A stretch of DNA of 64,000 bases from Escherichia coli. GTDB taxonomy: Bacteria; Pseudomonadota; Gammaproteobacteria; Enterobacterales; Enterobacteriaceae. The position numbers and the translations under genes were made by a program. Under the pieces are notes generated by a model. That model saw only the letters and a list, made by a program, of their open reading frames with translations, searched no databases and was not told the origin of the DNA. The stretch's first letter is position 1. The number at the start of each line of letters is the position of its first letter. Where the stretch lies: assembly GCF_050920415.1 (NCBI RefSeq), contig NZ_CP169309.1; one strand, given 5' to 3'. Positions 56,514 through 64,000 of this stretch are shown one piece after another.

Positions 56514-56867
56514 TTATCGTCGCCGGTTAACTGCGGGTGGTTGCCCACGGTTGAGCCAGATATAACAGCTGCCCCCGTCATCCGGAGAAACACGATCCGC
56601 CCAGAACATCTCGCCGTTAATGGTCAGCGTGTCTCCACGCCGCAGTTGCCGCACATCATCAGTCCGGACAAACAGGGACGGGCTGGAGCCTTCAACGCGC
56701 ACGCCCTGTCCGGCATAGCTGATATTTTCAGGGTCATCAAAAACACCACGTATCACAGCACCGGACTGCTCACCGGATGTCATGGTGGCTGACGTTCCCA
56801 TGTACCCGCGTATCGTTTCATCGGCGCGGGCAATGGCAGCATCGAACAGGTTATCGAAATCAGCCAC
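56514..56867 (-). CDS. FII: head-tail joining protein FII
   Basis: 117-aa ORF, same length and position as lambda gpFII. Confidence 0.88.
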   Translation of the reverse strand: MADFDNLFDAAIARADETIRGYMGTSATMTSGEQSGAVIRGVFDDPENISYAGQGVRVEGSSPSLFVRTDDVRQLRRGDTLTINGEMFWADRVSPDDGGSCYIWLNRGQPPAVNRRR

Positions 56868-56878
56868 AGTGCCTCCCG

Positions 56879-57277
56879 TTATTGCATTCTGGCCAGGCCA
56901 CGTTCTGTCATTTCGGCTGCCACACCGGCAGAGACACGAAACGCCGTTCCCGGCAGCACAAATGCCACAGGTTCATCCCGCGTGGCGTGAAGTGCATCGG
57001 TATGCAGCGTCACCAGTGCCACAACCGTGACCAGAGCAGCCGTATCCTGAATCACGGTATCCGGCTGCGCTGATACCACCTCATTTTCATGCCCGGTCAG
57101 CGCATTTTCCGGGCTGACAGACGTGTCCTGACCGGCTGCGTCATCCGTGTCATCAAGCTCCTCTTCCAGCTCTGCCACACGGAGCGCCAGTTCTTCTTTC
57201 GTCCCCGTCAGGCTGACATCACGGTTCAGTTGCTCACCCAGCGACCGGAGACGGGCAATCAGTTCATCTTTCGTCAT
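56879..57277 (-). CDS. FI: DNA packaging protein FI
   Basis: ORF 56879-57316; ATG at 57277 gives MTKDELIARLRSLGEQLNRDVSLTGTKEELALRVAELEEE..., lambda gpFI-like; 132 aa. Confidence 0.9.
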   Translation of the reverse strand: MTKDELIARLRSLGEQLNRDVSLTGTKEELALRVAELEEELDDTDDAAGQDTSVSPENALTGHENEVVSAQPDTVIQDTAALVTVVALVTLHTDALHATRDEPVAFVLPGTAFRVSAGVAAEMTERGLARMQ

Positions 57278-57318
57278 GGACTCCTCCACAGAGAGAAAAT
57301 GGCCCCGAAGGGCCATGA

Positions 57319-58344
57319 TTACGCCAGTTGAACGGATACGAACTCATCAGGATCAGCCAGCAGCATCAGCGGTGCTGACTGAATCATGGTGAACTCTCGC
57401 GCCGGATCGCCGGATGTCTTCCAGTTTTTCGGATAACGGGGAGACGCATTAATACCCTCACTCAATGCATCCGCATCCTGAATACAGCCATAGGTGCGCA
57501 GACCGCGTGCATGAGTGTTACCCAGCACCATCGTGTTGTCCGGCAGGAAGTTCTTTTTGACGCCGTTTTCCACGTACTGTCCGGAATACACGACGATGGC
57601 CACATCGCCATACATTCCCTTATAAGACACCGCTTTGCCCAGGTCTTTTACCGCTGTCTCCAGTTCGGAATGAGAGCCGCGACGGGTATCCAGCTTCTCC
57701 CTGACGGCTTTGAAGGAACGGAACTGCGCCCAGCCTTTCGGATCAAACACGATGATATTCACCACACCGCTGGCGTTCAGCGCGTAGGCTTCGATATCGT
57801 CGGTCGGGTCATATGTGGACTTGTCACGCTTGCTCCACTCCGTGCCGCCGGACTGCGTGATGTTGTTCGCCGCACTGCGGCCCATATCCACCTCAACCGG
57901 ATCGAAGGCTTCACCGGTCATGGTGTATTTGCCCTTGAGCACGGCAGAAACGGCCTGCATCTCTTCGACCTGAGCAATGGCCAGCTCTTCGTCTCGCATG
58001 TTCTGCATGATGATGCGACGGCGGCGGTAAGCCGGGTCCGCCAGATTCTGCGGATCTTCATCCGGCAGGCGACGCAGGGTCATCTGCGGATTCACCTCAT
58101 GCTTGGGCTTGACATATCCCGGTGTAAATTCAGAGGTGGAGCCGCCACGGGAGCGGATAACCTCACCGGAAACAATCGGCGAAACGTACAGCGCCATGTT
58201 TACCAGTCCCGGAATTTGTGAGAGATAGACTTTCTCCGTGGTGAAGGGATAGCTCTCACGGAAAAAGAGACGCAGAAACAGCGGATCAAACTTAAATTTC
58301 TGCTCATTTGCCGCCAGCAGTTGGGCGGTTGTGTACATCGACAT
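57319..58344 (-). CDS. E: major capsid protein E
   Basis: 341-aa ORF (MSMYTTAQLLAANEQKFKFDPLFLRLFFRESYPF...), same length as lambda gpE and near-identical as I recall it. Confidence 0.95.
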   Translation of the reverse strand: MSMYTTAQLLAANEQKFKFDPLFLRLFFRESYPFTTEKVYLSQIPGLVNMALYVSPIVSGEVIRSRGGSTSEFTPGYVKPKHEVNPQMTLRRLPDEDPQNLADPAYRRRRIIMQNMRDEELAIAQVEEMQAVSAVLKGKYTMTGEAFDPVEVDMGRSAANNITQSGGTEWSKRDKSTYDPTDDIEAYALNASGVVNIIVFDPKGWAQFRSFKAVREKLDTRRGSHSELETAVKDLGKAVSYKGMYGDVAIVVYSGQYVENGVKKNFLPDNTMVLGNTHARGLRTYGCIQDADALSEGINASPRYPKNWKTSGDPAREFTMIQSAPLMLLADPDEFVSVQLA

Positions 58345-58398
58345 AAAAAAATCCCGTAAAAAAGCCGCACAGGCGGCCTTTAGTGATGAAGGGTCAGG

Positions 58399-58731
58399 TT
58401 AAACGATGCTGATTGCCGTTCTGGCAAACGCGGTCCGTTTTTTCGTCTCGTCGCTGGCAGCCTCCGGCCAGAGCACATCCTCATAACGGAACGTGCCGGA
58501 CTTGTAGAACGTCAGTGTGGTGCTGGTCTGGTCAGCAGCAACCGCAAGAATGCCAACGGCAGCACCGTCGGTGGTGCCATCCCACGCAACCAGTTTACGG
58601 GTGGAGGTGTCCAGCATCAGCGGGGTCATTGCAGGCGCTTTCGCACTCAATCCGCCGGGCGCGGTTGCGGTATGAGCCGGGTCACTGTTGCCCAGCGGCT
58701 GGTAATGGGTAAAGGTTTCTTTGCTCGTCAT
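58399..58731 (-). CDS. D: capsid decoration protein D
   Basis: ORF 58399-58737; ATG at 58731 gives [40 protein letters not shown]..., lambda gpD-like; 110 aa. Confidence 0.93.
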   Translation of the reverse strand: MTSKETFTHYQPLGNSDPAHTATAPGGLSAKAPAMTPLMLDTSTRKLVAWDGTTDGAAVGILAVAADQTSTTLTFYKSGTFRYEDVLWPEAASDETKKRTAFARTAISIV

Positions 58732-58740
58732 AAACATCCC

Positions 58741-60040
58741 TTACACTGGTGTGTTCAGCAAATCGTTAACGGCATCAGATGCCGGGTTACCTGCAGCCAG
58801 CGGTGCCGGTGCCCCCTGCATCAGACGATCCAGCGCAGTGTCACTGCGCGCCTGTGCACTCTGTGGTGCTGCGGCCAGAATGCGGCGGGCCGTTTCCACG
58901 GTCATACCGGGGGTTTCTGCCAGCACGCGAGCCTGTTCTTCGCGTCCGTGAGCCTCCTCACAGTTGAGGATCCCCATAATGCGGCTGTTTTCTGCCGCAA
59001 CCGCTGCGGTGATCTGCGCGTTCACGTCCGGCTGCGCCGCGCTGGCGTTCTCGCCCTCCTTCGCTGGCTCCACGCTGGTGATGTCAGCCTGCGAAGCAGT
59101 GGCTGAAACAGTTGTTGATTGAGTCTCTTTGGTCATTCGCCCTCCTGAGAGACGGGATTTACGTGCATCCAGTGCATCACGCATGACGGTGATCGCATCG
59201 GTGCTGTTAACAAGTTCATCAGCCAGTCCGGCATCAATGGCCTCCTGACCGCTGTACACTGCAGCCTCGGTATCCAGCACAGCCTGCACGGACAGGCCGG
59301 TATATGCCGACACCTTCTGTGCAAACATCCGGCGGGTTGCATCCATCCGGGACTGCAGTGTTTCCCGGACATCATCCGGTAGATGGCTGTAGGGGTTGCC
59401 ATCCACCTTATGGCTGCCGCTGTAAATCAGCGTGATTTCCACGCCCTGTTTCTCCAGCGCAGCGCCGTAATTACTGTGAGCCATCATGACGCCGATGGAG
59501 CCTGTCCGGGCGGTCTGCGTGACCAGACGTCGGGAGGCGGCGCTGGCAAGCAACTGACCTGCACTGCAGTTCATGTCGTTGGCCAGCGCCCATACCGGCT
59601 TTATGTCACGCACACGGGCGATGATGTCAGCGCAGTCAAATGCCCCTGCCACCATCCCGCCTGGCGTATCCATATCGAGCAGAATGCCGGCCACCATCGG
59701 GTCGCTGGCAGCCTGTTGCAGACGGGCGATAATGCCGTTGTAACCGGTCATCCCCGAATACGGCTGCAGCGCCCGCGTCCGGCTGACCAGCGTGCCGGAC
59801 ACCGGCAGCACGGCGATGCCGTTCATGACCTGATAACTGCGGGCCTGTCGTGGTCCGTCATCATCACCGGATAACGCCAGCGTCGCGGGTGCCTCTCCGG
59901 CAGCCAGGCTGTCACCGGACACCGCATCCGTCAGGCGGCTGATCCCAAGCTGGCCAGCAAGCGCACAAAAGAAAACCCGCGCATAGGCGGGTTCAAGCAT
60001 CAGCGGCTCATTAAAGGCCATGCTGGCAATATGCGGGAGA

Positions 60041-60060
<20 letters not shown>
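58741..60060 (-). CDS. C: head protease / scaffold protein C (ClpP/S49-like)
   Basis: ORF 58741-60207 contains a lambda gpC-like protein from the GTG at 60060 (V-TAELRNLPHIASMAFNEPLMLEPAYARVFF...); 439 aa. Confidence 0.9.
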
Positions 60061-63741
<3,681 letters not shown>

Positions 63742-63767
<26 letters not shown>

Positions 63768-64000
63768 TCAGCAACCCCGGTATCAGTTCATCCAGCGCAG
63801 CTGCTTTGTTCATGGCTTTGATGATATCCCGTTTCAGGAAATCAACATGTCGGTTTTCCAGTTCCGGAAAACGCCGCTGCAACGACAGGGGGATCCCGTC
63901 GAGAATACTGGCAATTTCACCTGCGATCCGCGACAGCACGAAAGTACAGAATGCGGTTTCCACCACTTCAGCGGAGTCTCTGGCATTCTTCAGTTCCTGT
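63742..64000 (-). CDS. nu1: terminase small subunit Nu1, C-terminal part (N-terminus beyond window end)
   Basis: Frame open to the window edge; C-terminus ...VVETAFCTFVLSRIAGEIASILDGIPLSLQRRFPELENRHVDFLKRDIIKAMNKAAALDELIPGLLSEYIEQSG matches lambda Nu1; 26-nt overlap with A as in lambda. Confidence 0.9.

Overview
This window is Escherichia coli chromosome spanning the MG1655 coordinate origin, in reverse-complement orientation relative to K-12. Gene order: talB' / yaaJ-yaaA / [IS621-like insertion] / yaaX / thrCBA-thrL / lasT-yjjY / arcA / creDCBA / rob / gpmB / yjjX / trpR / slt / ettA / [toxin-antitoxin islet] / nadR-radA / serB / ytjB-lplA / [small HTH gene where K-12 has yjjJ] / deoDBAC / yjjI-yjjW / yjjV-yjjU / ytjA / osmY / prfC / [lambda-like prophage running off the window end]. 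All calls rest on reading the supplied six-frame translations and the nucleotide sequence, compared from memory with K-12 and phage lambda proteins; no database search or alignment was run. Four accessory segments stand out against the conserved backbone. (1) An IS110-family element that I recognise as IS621-like, inserted at the 3' end of a REP element between yaaA and yaaX. Its 5' non-coding region carries the stem-loops and guide-like segments expected of a bridge RNA, while its recombinase ORF is broken by two 1-bp homopolymer deletions. (2) A compact RelE/ParE-type toxin plus XRE-HTH antitoxin pair between the convergent ettA and nadR genes. (3) An AT-rich segment with a small HTH gene at the position of K-12 yjjJ. 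(4) A lambda-like prophage (Nu1' through J, lom, stf, tfa, dinI-like) whose end lies at the 5' end of prfC, which now has a non-K-12 N-terminus. No tRNA, rRNA or CRISPR array was seen.
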